A stretch of DNA of 64,000 nucleotides from Octopus vulgaris (GCA_951406725.2 OX597814.1:136772001-136836000), one strand, 5' to 3'; shown: positions 23,870 to 35,720, counted from the first letter of the stretch. Made by a program: numbers and translations. Notes: a model not told the origin generated them from the letters alone.

Positions 23870-26700
23870 GTGTTTTCATCGTTGACAGTTCAAAGTTCAA
23901 AAATTGAACGACTTCTGAAACGACAAAAGAGAGTAGCAGAAACTACAAGATAGACAGCCACAAAAGCAACAACATTAAGAAAAGTAAGAACATCAACAGC
24001 AGCAACGATTTACAGCAAATGCAACCACTGCCGCAGCAGTGAAATCCCGGCGAAAAATGTTCTCTTACCAAGATTACAGACGTCCTCGATGTTGTCTCAT
24101 TGGACAAAAGCCACGAACATTTACAAAAGGTGGTAAAACACATCAAAAGACTACAACAGAAAAATTACGCTTAATATACTGCAACACCTTCTAGGGTAAA
24201 CTGAAAGGAAAATACTTTCTGTATAGATGCTTTTCGACGAAAAGACACGAATTAGAGCGTATACGTTCAGGCCAAACTGAACTCTGTTTTGAAGACATAT
24301 GGAGCTTAATATTAATTTTGTGGAGTATGCCCATAAGTTCGGATTCATCCAGAAGCACTTGACACTTCCACAAAACAAAACAAAAAAGATAACCCGAAGA
24401 TTTCTCACTGATGCCGATCAACCTGAGACGGAGAGTAATCCGAGTAAAAATCCTAAACAAACCACCAGATTTCTAGTGAGTGAGGAATTTTGTGGTTTTG
24501 GAAGACACGATGGTAGAAATAAAAAGATTCCGGAATGAAATTTTGGTTGTGATGAGGCCGGGGTGTTTAATTCAGTTGTAAACTGAGATACTAGAAAAAG
24601 CCCTACCCTAAGAAATCCTAGGAGCGTAACAACTTCAGATAGTAGTTAAGGATAGAAGGCCTTGATGCTTTAATTTTAGAAATACTAATCACCCTAAGGT
24701 TTTCTTTCTCCAGCAGCCACAGAAAATAACAACGCAATAAAAACAACTGCAACTACAGTCGTTGAAGCTACAAGACTGGAAGCAGAACGTACAGCTACAG
24801 TAGCAAACAATTATGCTAAAAGTGGAAACAACATCAAGAAAAACAACAAAGCAAACACCTCCCTCAAGAGCCACCACATCACCAACAACAATAGCAACTG
24901 AAAGCCTCTAAATAATAACAGTAAAACAAAAAGACGATGATCCATCCGAGAAATGCTTTGAACCATCTAGATTTGTCCTGTGGAGAAGGTGACGGTGAGG
25001 AGCCAAAATAGTAAACAAACAGGCGAGATGCTTTTGAGCAACAACGAACCAACACCGGCCCAAATAGCACCTATACTAATACTATCGACACCATGACCCC
25101 ATGATTATCACTACTAATACTATATTTGGATCTTTTCTGTTTGAACGGCAGTTTTTAACATAAATTCTTGGTAACTAAAAAAATTTAAACTTCGTATACT
25201 GGTAGAATGTGTTTATAAAAAAACTTTTTCTCTTGGCTTTATTGAGAAAATTCTGAGTTAAAAAAACATTCTGTGCCGTATGAATATGTCCCTCGTTTAA
25301 GAAACAGATTGGGTTTATTTACATTTCTGAAGAAAAAAGATACCCTTCCCCCCACTCCTAACCCTAACTAACCCTAACCTTAAAACAGATTGAAATGCAA
25401 TAGATCGATACTAGGGTCATAATTATGGGTGACAATTTCATATAACACCGCTAGAAAAAACTGCTGTTCAAACCGAAAAGATCCCTATATTTAGTATATA
25501 TAATACAATTCTATAACTGACACCATCATTACAACCACAGCCACAACTTAACTTATACACACTAACTACATCAATCAGAACACACAACCCATCGCGAACA
25601 AAAAAAAAAAAAAGAAATCATTAACTACATGACTATAATCAGAAATAATAAAAAGACCCAATTGGTCACATACACCAACAAACAAGCAGTACAATCAATA
25701 ACTACATGGCATTAACAAATAACATACATGCACATAAAATAAATACCCCAAAGGAGAAGGAGACTTCGGGGGGAATATAAACAAATGGCTATATAAAGAA
25801 CTGCATGTAGAATCAACCACAGCCAAACGGAGGGAAGAAATATCTGTCTCTCCATAGAAATAATCTAAGTAGGGTTTTTCGATTTCCTCCTTCCGTCAAA
25901 TGGACTTAATTAGAACAAGCAGTGTATGTGTACGTAGCTTAGTATCACCATGGAAGCAGGGTCATCTACTCAGTGACCACAGACCACTAAATAAAGATAT
26001 AGTCAGCAAGACTAAAGAATCCTGTCTACATACCTTCATGCCCATCTTCGATGGATACGAGGTCTATTTATCTTCAAGTTGAACGGATTTGGGAGGTGGA
26101 GTTGCCATGTTGCTTCGGAAGGTACCCGGAAAGTAAGCTGGTGGTTCGTGATGTCAACAGTAATGAAGAAGGTGCTTTCAGATTAGTTGCTGTCAATTCG
26201 CCGCCGAAGATGGGGTAGTTGGATTTCTCCAGGTGCTTGGCGGTTTCTATGAACGACCCGCTCTTGGATGCACGCTTTGGATTGTATGGGGCAAACTGAT
26301 AGAAGAGAGATTTTAAAAACCTTGCTAACGTGCTCAGATGTTTCTAATTCTCTAACAGGTGCCGATTAGATTTTCCGAAGGTGCTAATGTAGATATGGAC
26401 AAACTGCATCTAATCAGCCAGATCGTATGCAGACAGAGTATTCTGAAGTCGAATCGATGAGGATAATATAGACTGTCAACAATTTAGAACCATCACATAT
26501 TGGTGATCCGTACGATCGACTTACTAGAAGCTGAACGCGTCACTCCCAGCGCGCCAAGTTTACAGAAACTGAATTATCGAATCAATTTGGTGTTGATGGG
26601 AGCAACCGTCAACAACCAATGGTGGTTCGTTGCGAAAAAGGCGATTTGTGTAGCATCACAAAGGTTTGGTAAGGCTATAACGACTGAGAAAACTTGAAAA
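23870..26700 (+). mobile_element. Old L1/Tx1-like element: ORF1 remnant and start of ORF2
   Basis: Eroded zinc knuckle IVVKDRRP*CFNFRNTNHPKVSF at 24639-24710; CVRSL (NVRGL equivalent) near 25926; 26040-26600 aligns with the APE region at 13440-14130. Confidence 0.65.
25128..25484. mobile_element. MITE with GGATC TIRs and 8-bp TSD (Merlin-like; hAT or P not excluded)
   Basis: TIRs GGATCTTTTC(T/G)GTTTGAAC(G/A)GCAGTTTTT; TSD CTATATTT at 25120-25127 and 25485-25492. Confidence 0.9.
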
Positions 26701-27008
26701 CAAAAGAGACTGAGTGAAAATTTTTGAAGAACCCCTTCTGCAACCGACGCCTTGTCCGTAACAGTAACTTCAGCAACATCAGCAGTCGTAGCATCAACAG
26801 CAACAGTGTCAGCGGCAGTTGTACATGTAGCAGCAGCATCATAACAAACAGGAAAAAAATACTCAGCAACAACGACGTTCAGCAGGAAAAAGACACTCAG
26901 CAGACACTAGCGTCACAACCCCACAAAAAGTGTCGCCAACACCAACACAATCCAAAGAAACCCCATCCACACCAGTCAATCACACTACAGACAAACATAG
27001 TCAGTTAC

Positions 27009-27064
<56 letters not shown>

Positions 27065-27066
<2 letters not shown>

Positions 27067-27412
27067 TCGCTCAAGCACATATATCTTCGGGTGAGAATAT
27101 ATGGAGTAGCTGTGTTGCTTCGGAAAGGGCTGTATCTTTGGATGAGGGTCCTTTTCCTGGATCCAGAAGTTAAGTCGGTGAAGCAGGGCATCTCCAGCAG
27201 CGTTGTCTTTCCCTTCAGACAACTAACCGTCCATGTTCCGACAGGGGCGGAGCTCCCGAATTTCTTCAGGCACCTGGAGGCCTTCCTGTGAACGTCCCAC
27301 TCTTTAGTTCTGCTAGAAGACTAGAACAGCACCTTATATGCATGGATGGTCTGTGTGGGGCATATGCATAGATGGTCTGTGTGGGGCTAGCCGATAGGAG
27401 AGGGGTTTCAAA
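27065..27412 (+). mobile_element. Further L1/Tx1-like APE fragment
   Basis: GVAVLLRKG...FLDPE...HVPTGAELPNFFRHLEAFL matches ORF 13390; includes a short tandem duplication at about 27336-27386. Confidence 0.8.
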
Positions 27413-27467
27413 GCACTTTGCCTTTCCCTATTCCAGAGCAGATGAAATAGGTTTATTTCAAGGAATG

Positions 27468-29660
27468 AAGACAGCAAGCCAGCAGAATCGTTGGCACACC
27501 GGCTAAAATGCTTAACGGCATTTCGTCTGCCTTTGTGTTATAAGTTCAAATCAACCGAGGTTGACTTTGCCTTTGATCCTTTCGGGGTCGATAAGATAAG
27601 TACCAGTTGAGAACTGGGTCGATGTAATCCACTAGTACCCTCCCACTAAATTTCAGGTCTTGTATCTATAATAGAAAGGGTTATTTCAAGGAATGTTAAG
27701 GCGATGAGCTGGTTGAATCGTGAGTATGCTGGACAAAAAGTTTAGCGGTATTTCGTCAGTCTTTACGTTCCGAGTTCAAATGCCAGCGAGGTCGACTTTA
27801 CCGTTCATCCTTATGAGGTCGATAAAATATGTACTAGTTGAGCAGTTGGGTCGATGTAATCGACTTCCGCCTCCTCTAAAATTGCTGGCCTTATACCAAA
27901 ATTAGAAACCATTACTTCATTATTTAAAAGAATGTTGGGTTGGGAAATTGACTACATTTTTAGAGCATGGGAGAAAAATACGTTGCTTTTTATCTTTCAG
28001 GAGGTCAATGGAATAAAAAAAAAGAGACAATCAAGTAGCGAGTTCGATAATCGACCTTTCCTTCATCCCCAAAATTCTGATTGTGTGCCTATATTAGAAA
28101 ATATTCTTTAAAAGATTGTTCCGACTGCTGTTGTGTCTGAAATTTGTTGCGTCTGAAGACATTTCGTATTCTTAGAACTAGAGTATTCTTTAAAAATGCA
28201 TTTAAGTTATTATTTTGTGCAAGGGATGGCACAATTGGAAGAATATGAAACAAAATAGTTTATGGTACATTTTGACAATTTCGAGTCTGATTTAACTATT
28301 TTTTCCAGAATCGGCCTTATTTTACTATCTTCCCGAAATCTATAAAATATATACAGTGAAGTGCTGGGATCGATTCCATTGCTTTTCTACATTAGTGTAG
28401 ACCTAGTTTTATGGTTGATTAAGTTCATTACTCGCTCCCGGTGTTGATAAAATAGGTTACCGGTCAACTATTGGGGGTCGGTGGTATCAACAAAATCCTT
28501 TCCCCAAAAATTCTTGTTTCTGTGCGTAAAATCAGAAACCGTTAGTCCCACTGAGCGGCTCCTTGGGAAAATGCCTTCTATTTTCACCTGTGAGTGGATT
28601 TTGCTAGATGGACAAACTGCTTCAGAGGCCTAACTTGTGTGGATGTACGTAGTATGTATATACATATGCGTCACACGTGTGCATATTTGTCTGTATATCT
28701 ATACATGTTCATGGTTGTATCTGTTTGACACAATGGCGCCAGTTGAAATAAGACAGATATCCAGTCAAACTGCTATCGCAGACAATCGCCATTATATAGA
28801 ACTAGAAAATATATGGAGTGAAATAAGTACTGAGATTGCTACGATCGGCTATAAATAAATGCTGAAGGTTGTGACTCAATGTGACTACAGTCTGATGACT
28901 GAAACTAACAAAAGAATTTATATCAATACTAAAAATAACATTTTGGGGTCTGCGGAACAAGTATCACAGAGATAAGCACCCGGTGATTTTGTTTGATGTC
29001 AATTGAAAATATTTCACCTCGGACAAAAGGTATGCATTTACGATTTTTTCCCTTGTTTTGAAGGCATCTAGTTCAAAGAACTCACTGTTTTAAATCGATG
29101 TCTAACAACATTTGCCAATGTATTTCATTTTAATTGTTGATATAATAATTAGAGTGTTGTTAAGGCAGCGAACTGACAGATACGTTAGTATCTCCAGCAA
29201 GCTGTTCAACGGTATTTTTTTCCCTAGCTCTTTGCGCTCTGAGTTCAAATACCACTAAAGTCAGTTTATAAAATACCAGTATAGTATTGAGATTGCTGGT
29301 CTCCACTTTATCTAAACCATCAAAATTTATGGTCCTGTATTTAAATCAGAAATAATTACTGAAGTAAGTAATTCATTTGAGCAACGTACAAAATGCTCAA
29401 CGGTATTTTTTCTAGCTCTTTACGTTCTCAGTTTAAAATATCCCCGAGGTCAGCTTTGCTTTTAATCCTTTCGGGATCTATAAAATAAAGTACCAATCAA
29501 AATTTATGGCCTTGTACCTTAATTAGGAAGAATAAAGACAGTAGACTGGCGTCTGACAAAATATCTTGAAGTATTTGTTCTAGCTCTTTATGTTCTGTGT
29601 TCATATCCTGCCGAAGTCAACTTTGCTTTTCGTTCCTCCGGTATCGATAAATTAGAGGAA
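27468..29660 (+). mobile_element. Head-to-tail stack of about seven family B SINEs plus one decayed family A copy
   Basis: The core and tail recur at about 27470, 27699, 27970, 28230, 28420, 29163, 29380 and 29540, with increasing divergence. Confidence 0.75.
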
Positions 29661-30414
29661 CTGTGAAGTACAAATGTCATTGACGGAGGACTGAGTTCTA
29701 AATCCAGTTTTGAATTTTAGTGATATTCATTCCGCATTACATTCGCTATGCATCTCTACGCGCACGCGTAAGAATGGCATGAAAGTCATATCATCCTAAT
29801 TTCTCATTTGTTATAATTTCAGTCTTCGTATAAAAGTCGGTGCTAAGACTAAACGAGTTGGCATAAATATTTTACAGTATTCAGTTGATTACATCAATTG
29901 TTTTTTCATTCAAAATCCCGTTTTGGTTGATTGCGTTTGCTGCTTGTTTCCTCCATGACTAATGAAATGAAGATCAATAAGATACAGAGATATATTAAAG
30001 CAATTATGATTTTAAATGATCTTGTGTTTAGACCAAACAAATATTATTGATTTGATTTTTTTAATATATAGACGCAGGCGCAGCTGTGTGGTACGAAGTT
30101 TGCTTCCAGGTCACATGGTTCCGGGTTCAGTTTATCTTTTACTTATTTCAGTCATTAGACACAAACCATGCTGGGGCAACGCCTTAAAGACATTTTAATC
30201 GAATGAATCGATCCCATGACTTATTTTCTCTTTGCCGAACCACTAAGTTACGGATACGTAAACACACCAACACCTGTTGTCAAACGGTGGTGGGGGACAA
30301 CATAGACACAAAGACACACCCCTCACACACACACATATGTATATATAATAAAAGAAAGAAAATGCACGCACTTTACATAGCTTTAATATATTTCTAATAT
30401 ATTTTATATTATGC

Positions 30415-30448
30415 TTGTCGTCCGGTTTCGCTTTCGCTAGTCATGACA
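30415..30448 (-). ncRNA. Mirror copy of the A3-U8 hammerhead
   Basis: The minus strand reads TGTC-ATGACTA-GC(GAAA)GC-GAAA-CCGG-AC-GACAA; U16.1 is changed to A. Confidence 0.65.
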
Positions 30449-30475
30449 TTGAAATTATCGTACTTTCGTATTTTC

Positions 30476-30512
30476 TTTGTCATGATTAGCGAAAGCGAAA
30501 CCGTTCGACAAA
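30476..30512 (+). ncRNA. Minimal hammerhead ribozyme, A3-U8 variant
   Basis: TTTGTC-ATGATTA-GC(GAAA)GC-GAAA-CCGT-TC-GACAAA: 6-bp helix I, 2-bp helix II, and helix III one mismatch from ACCGGT. Confidence 0.75.
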
Positions 30513-30675
30513 CACAATATAAAATATATTTTAAAATATATTAAAACTATGTAAATTGTGTGCATTTTCCTTCTTTTATTATATATATATATGTTGCATT
30601 ACAACTCACCACGTGTGGATAATCGAAATTCTTCCCTTTGTGTTTTATATATATATATATATAACACAAAGTAAG

Positions 30676-30707
<32 letters not shown>

Positions 30708-30743
30708 CTTACTTTGTGTTATATATATATATATATATATATA

Positions 30744-31452
30744 TAACACAAAGTAAGTTAGGGGTTATGGGTGCAACCCACTAAGGGATAGTATTTATCC
30801 AATATATTGTTGGTAAACTACCCAAATTCTTAAACATAAATGTTTAATTGCAATGCATAACTTATTTATTGTATTAAACGGGTGAAGGCAAAGAAATATT
30901 TTATTGTTAATTTATAATAAAAATAAGAAAATGGAGAAACAATTTAGTTTGTTCATCAACTTTCGGATATTAGAATGTTGAATTATTTATTCATTTAACA
31001 AAATGAGAACCTTAATAGCATACATATATACTTTATAATTCAATACATATAAGATAAGAATACAAATTATAAAAATCATAATATAAATTATTGAAATCAT
31101 TAAAATCACTTCTTACAGCTGTTTCAGTCTATGGTTAAAAGTATTTTTTTTTATTTTTATTGCCTATAGTTGTCTATTATATTGAGATTATAGACATTTA
31201 AAAATAGGGTACTTATATATATAACCATAGGCCTCGTCAGAGATTATAAAGAATTCCCAAAATATTAATACATGAAACAGGATACACTTATAATTTAATA
31301 TATATAAAAATATGAACAAATATTCATATAGATTTATACGTATACATATATACCTATACACATGCATAAGCAGGGTGTATATACTTTTACATGTGTAAAA
31401 ATATATAAATAAACACAATAAAAAATAGATCCAAGTAAATAGAACATTCGTC
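30744..31452 (-). mobile_element. AT-rich PLE-like tail carrying a hammerhead
   Basis: Bounded by (TA)n on both sides and contains the ribozyme motif at 31111-31243. Confidence 0.6.
31111..31243 (-). ncRNA. Hammerhead ribozyme with canonical core and extended helix II
   Basis: The minus strand reads TCT-CTGACGA-GGCCTATGGTTA(84 nt)TAACCATAGACT-GAAA-CAGCTG-TA-AGA. Confidence 0.8.
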
Positions 31453-31482
31453 ATATATATATATATGTGTGTGTGTGTGTGT

Positions 31483-32747
31483 ACCCGGTAATTCCCGGGG
31501 GTAAAGATATTCTATTGAAACGCCTTATTACTCTGATATCAAAAAGCAATTTCGTTATAACTGCCACAAAAGTATATTTTCCATCGGAAAAAAGTACAAA
31601 AAACTCTCAGCTGGAGGAGGGAAGAATTGTTGGAGGTTGACGAGAGAGGTTTTCGGAAGTTGGCGGGAAACATTGTCGGAGGTTGGCAAGAGAGGTCATC
31701 AGAGGTTGTCGAGAGAGGTTATCGGAGGTTGTCGAGAAAGGTTTTCGGAGGTCGGCGAGAGAGGTTGCCAGAGGTTGGCGAGAGAGATTGTTAGAAGTTG
31801 TCAAGAGAGGTTTTCCGAAGTTACATGGGAAAAACGCGGTTGAAGTGTTAAGTTAAATTTGGCAATCGAGGATCGAATCCATGCTGTGCCTGCATGAAGC
31901 CACTACAAATACGTTGTGGAATAAAAAAAATTATCTACTGTTATAGAAAAAGTGTAACTGTAAAAATGAAGAATTATCGGAGTAATGGGCATTCAAAAAA
32001 AGTATGTATGTATAGAAATGTGTGAATGAAGTCTTTAAGGTTTAGGATTAAAATCAAAGAAGTGCGATAATGTTTAGCAGTTAAAAACTGAGTAGTGAAA
32101 TGCAGAATTAGGTCGGCTGATCGTGAGAATCAAATATTGATCGCTTCGCTAGAAACTGCAGGTGGTATGGGTTATTTCCCTTGAGTTCTTTAAATATGAT
32201 ATTAGTAATATTTAGTAGATAGAAGGACCGATTGGAGGGGCCTTGTTATCGATATTTTTCAACAATCTAAGTATGTCACGAGGTTTCCAGACATGAGTTC
32301 TACGTCTCAAATAAAGTATAAAAGTGATATTATCTTCAAAAATTAGAAATTGGACACACAAAGAATCAATATTCAAAGTAATCGAGCATAAACAATAAAA
32401 CCTGTAAAATATTTCTAAATTCGATGGCTCAATTAGTTTCGCGAGAATATTGATCGCTCCGCTAAAAACTAACTACTGTAAATGCAGGTGTTATGGGTTA
32501 TTTCCCTTGAGTGTTTAAAAATAATTATACAGGTGCTATGAGTTATTTCCCTTGGGTGTTTAAAAAATTAGTTAACTGAGGTAGATATAAAGATTCCTTC
32601 CAGGGGCCGAATTATCGAGTTTTTCAATAAGTATGTTACGAGGTCTCCACTCACATGTCAAATTTCATCAAAATCAATAAAACGATGTAGGCGGAGTTAG
32701 CTAACAACGCCACAAACAAACACACACCGATTTTCCACATGTGTAGT
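31483..32747 (+). mobile_element. Non-autonomous Helitron/Helentron-like element
   Basis: 5' CCCGGTAATTCCCGGG hairpin, internal tandem repeats and duplications, and a 3' AAATTTCATCAAAATC...GGAGTTAG...ACAAACAAACACAC signature typical of such elements. Confidence 0.6.
31633..31822. repeat. 23-bp minisatellite, about 8 units (GAGGTTGTCGAGAGAGGTTATCG)
   Basis: Direct reading. Confidence 0.9.
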
Positions 32748-32766
32748 GTATATATATATATATAAA

Positions 32767-33656
32767 AAAGACACCACCATCACCACAGATATATACTATA
32801 AACACACAGACACACATCAATACCTAAATTTTAAGTCGTGCCATCCACCACATACAAAACGTAACATCCCAGTAGCCAGAAGAATTTGTACTATTGTAGA
32901 AGATGCAAATATCAGGAACAAACGCCTAATAGAACTAAGAGAATTTTTGCTCAAACAAAAATACCCATCTCTACTTATAGAAAATGGCATACAGCGGGCT
33001 ATAAAAATACCTATACAACAACTTAGGACAACCCAAGGAAGAGGAAAACAAGAACAAGTCATACCATTCATAGTGACACACAACCCATGTCACCAGAATA
33101 TCTTCAACATTGCCAAAGCAAACCTACCAATCATTGCCCAAAGTAATGAATTAAAAGACATAATCAAGGATCGAGCTATGGTGCTTAGTAAAAGACAGCC
33201 TAAAAACTTGAAAACATTACTAACAAAGGCAAAATTTGACCTCAGCAACAAAGACCAAACATTCACGGTATCTAAATGCAATGATAGCCGATGTGGCACA
33301 TGCCAATTCATACATACCGGTCAATATATAAACACAAAAACCGGGAAACATTCACAAACGCGAATATGAACTGCAAAAGCAGAAATTTAATTTACTGCAT
33401 CAAATGCCCAAATTGTGAAGAAATATATGTAGGTCAGACGGGAAACGCACTATTAGAACGCTCACGTGTACACCGGCAACAGATTAGAGACCCAGAGGTC
33501 CGTCAGATACCTTTGAGTAACCACCTAGCAACATGTGGTCGGAAAATATATATAATATTTCCATTCTACAAATTACACAGCCCAAGTGAAATCGAGAGGA
33601 AAATCAGAGAAAAGAATTTTATTGATAAATTCGAACCCAAGCTAAATAAGCAATAA
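32767..33656 (+). pseudogene. PLE RT C-terminus and GIY-YIG endonuclease, frameshifted near 33350
   Basis: TDIYYKHTDTHQYLNFKSCHPPHTKRNIP; CNDSRCGTCQFIH; NLIYCIKCPNCEEIYVGQT...RVH...NHL...E...LN. Confidence 0.92.
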
Positions 33657-33971
33657 TAATAATACTTAGAGGTATTACTTCCACTGCTACGACCATGACC
33701 ACTAACAACAACAACAATACTAAAGGTGATCAAGACGAAGATAGCAGGAAAATTATCTTATTTAGGGTTAAAAGTTCTATTGCCACCACCATCACCACTA
33801 GCAACAATAATTAAGGTGCTGACAATGATGATGATGACAATTGAAATATAAAAATATAAAAATCTCTGACAAAGGATATTTACAACATTTCTAAAAATAA
33901 CCCAACAATTGCTGCTTCGGCCAGGGTCAAGATACAGGACTCTTGACCTGTCCAACAAAGCGTGATGCCTA

Positions 33972-34090
33972 AACCAATCAGCTCAACCAACCAATCAGCT
34001 TAAGTAATTGAGTGATACTACACACTGATTGGTCAGAATACAGTTTGCAAAACCTAGCACTCTGGAGCCTACCCAGCTGTATTTATAGCA
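33972..34090 (+). promoter_or_regulatory. PLE pseudo-LTR promoter
   Basis: AACCAATCAG twice, one inverted CTGATTGGT, then TATTTATA at about 34080, upstream of the ribozyme. Confidence 0.6.
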
Positions 34091-34150
34091 CAGAATCACT
34101 CATCTTGCTACAGTCAAAAATTGTGAAGCATGACTGTCAACACTACTACA

Positions 34151-34195
34151 TGAACCCGAAGATTGCAGAATTCAATGCATGAAAGTACTAGTTCA
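34151..34195 (+). ncRNA. Minimal type-I hammerhead ribozyme of the PLE
   Basis: TGAAC-CCGAAGA-T.TGCA(GAATTCAA)TGCA.T-GAAA-GTAC-TA-GTTCA: 5-bp helix I, palindromic AGTACT helix III, U4C. Confidence 0.85.
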
Positions 34196-34419
34196 ATCAG
34201 AATGAATATTTAACATTCTACTATTTCATTTTATTTTATTCAATTATAATATATTATCTTATAATATATCATTATAAGATTGTAAATAAAACGTGAAAAT
34301 CAGACAAGGTTGGAATTCTTTTTATTAATATATTCTTCTATACACAATCACACACACCCATATATATATATATCTATATATATATATATATGCATGTATG
34401 ATGTGGGATAGGGACAGAT

Positions 34420-34607
34420 AGACACAAAGACACACACACATAACTATTCGGCGGGATTCTTTCAGTTTCTGTCTACCAAATCCACTTAGGAGGCTTTGGT
34501 CGGCTCGAGGCTATAGTAGAAGACATTTGTCCAAGGTGCCACATAGTTGGCTTGAACTCGGAACCATGTTGTTGGTAAGCAAACATCTTACCATACAGCC
34601 ATGCCAG
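34420..34607 (-). mobile_element. SINE family A, 5' half
   Basis: Reverse complement of the family A head. Confidence 0.8.
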
Positions 34608-35570
34608 TTATCAATAATTCTAGTGGTGTAAACGTCGGGACAAAGTTTGTAATTAAAATAAGCTAAGGGAAACTCTATATGTAGGGAAATGATGGCTTAT
34701 ATTCGTACGGATCTAATAAGCAAACGTGGTTGTGGTGGTGGTGGGATATTGGTGGTGGTGGTGCCAGCGGCAGAGGCAGTGACAATATAGGAAATCATTT
34801 AAGAAATCAATTGGAAACCGTGGGAAAAATCATTGAACTGTTTTCGCGATTCAGTTTTGATTTCCATCCGGGATCCTTTCTGCATCATTTCTGTTTATCT
34901 ATTTGGAAAGACGTTAAAGACATAATATCTATTTTGCTTCAGCCTTAAATATATCTTCTTGGTCTTAGTGCTTTTAAGAACATAGTTATTACGATGTATT
35001 AAATACGAAAATAAATCGATATTGCATTATAATGGTGATTACAAAAGCTTTACACTAATCTTGTTCGGATCATCGCTCAACTTAACTTGGATCAAACCAG
35101 GCTCAACTGTGTCTTTTCAATATTGTCTAAGAACAGGTGAAATCAAAATGTATGTAGTCAATCGGTTACTTTAGATATAACAAGCAAATCTTCCTCGTAT
35201 CACATGGGTTATAAAAGAAAAAAAACGCCGGACAGGATGTAGTATGTATTTGTTCATATAAAAATGACGGTTGGGCACAGATGTTATTCTTTGAAATCAG
35301 TATCAATAAAGAATCTTCTATGTGGAGTCTGAAACTGGATTTGATGGTGCATTGCTGGAAACATGGATTTGCTGTAAGGATACCAGTGACTGACATTTAA
35401 GCGATGTTATTTTGGCGAGGTTCAGCGGTCCTCCACAATACAGTGGAATTCACTTACTATAACCTTTGATTTTAAGAAAATGACTTTCATAATTTGCCTT
35501 ATGACTGTGAGCAGAGCACAGAGGTGAAACTCCCGAGTAGATGACTCTGTGTGTGTGTGTGTGTACGTAT

Positions 35571-35601
<31 letters not shown>

Positions 35602-35720
35602 ATGTTATATATATCTAATATATAGAATATGTATGCGTGTATGTATGTATGTATGTATGTATGTATGTATGTATGTATGTATGTATGTACAGGGTGTCCT
35701 AAAATGTATGTGTGTATGTA

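Larger units (their letters stand above)
30341..30586. repeat. Fold-back inverted repeat with arms of about 108 bp (PLE-like tail pair)
   Basis: 30341-30448 is the diverged reverse complement of 30478-30586; bounded by (TA)n. Confidence 0.9.
32765..34335 (+). mobile_element. 5'-truncated Penelope-like element (Neptune-type) inserted in (TA)n
   Basis: RT thumb, Cys linker and GIY-YIG, followed by a pseudo-LTR with CCAAT boxes, a TATA-like box and a hammerhead. Confidence 0.92.

Noticed and set aside
25348-25380. Interstitial telomere or chromosome fusion scar
   Set aside because: Only a few imperfect units, and they lie inside a TSD-bounded MITE.
28892-28910. CTGATGACTGAAAC hammerhead-like word
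   Set aside because: It is a variant of the family A SINE tail ATGACTGAAAC and has no helices.
31633-31822. Regular repeats resembling a CRISPR array
   Set aside because: The 23-bp units are contiguous with no unique spacers, and the context is eukaryotic with no cas genes.
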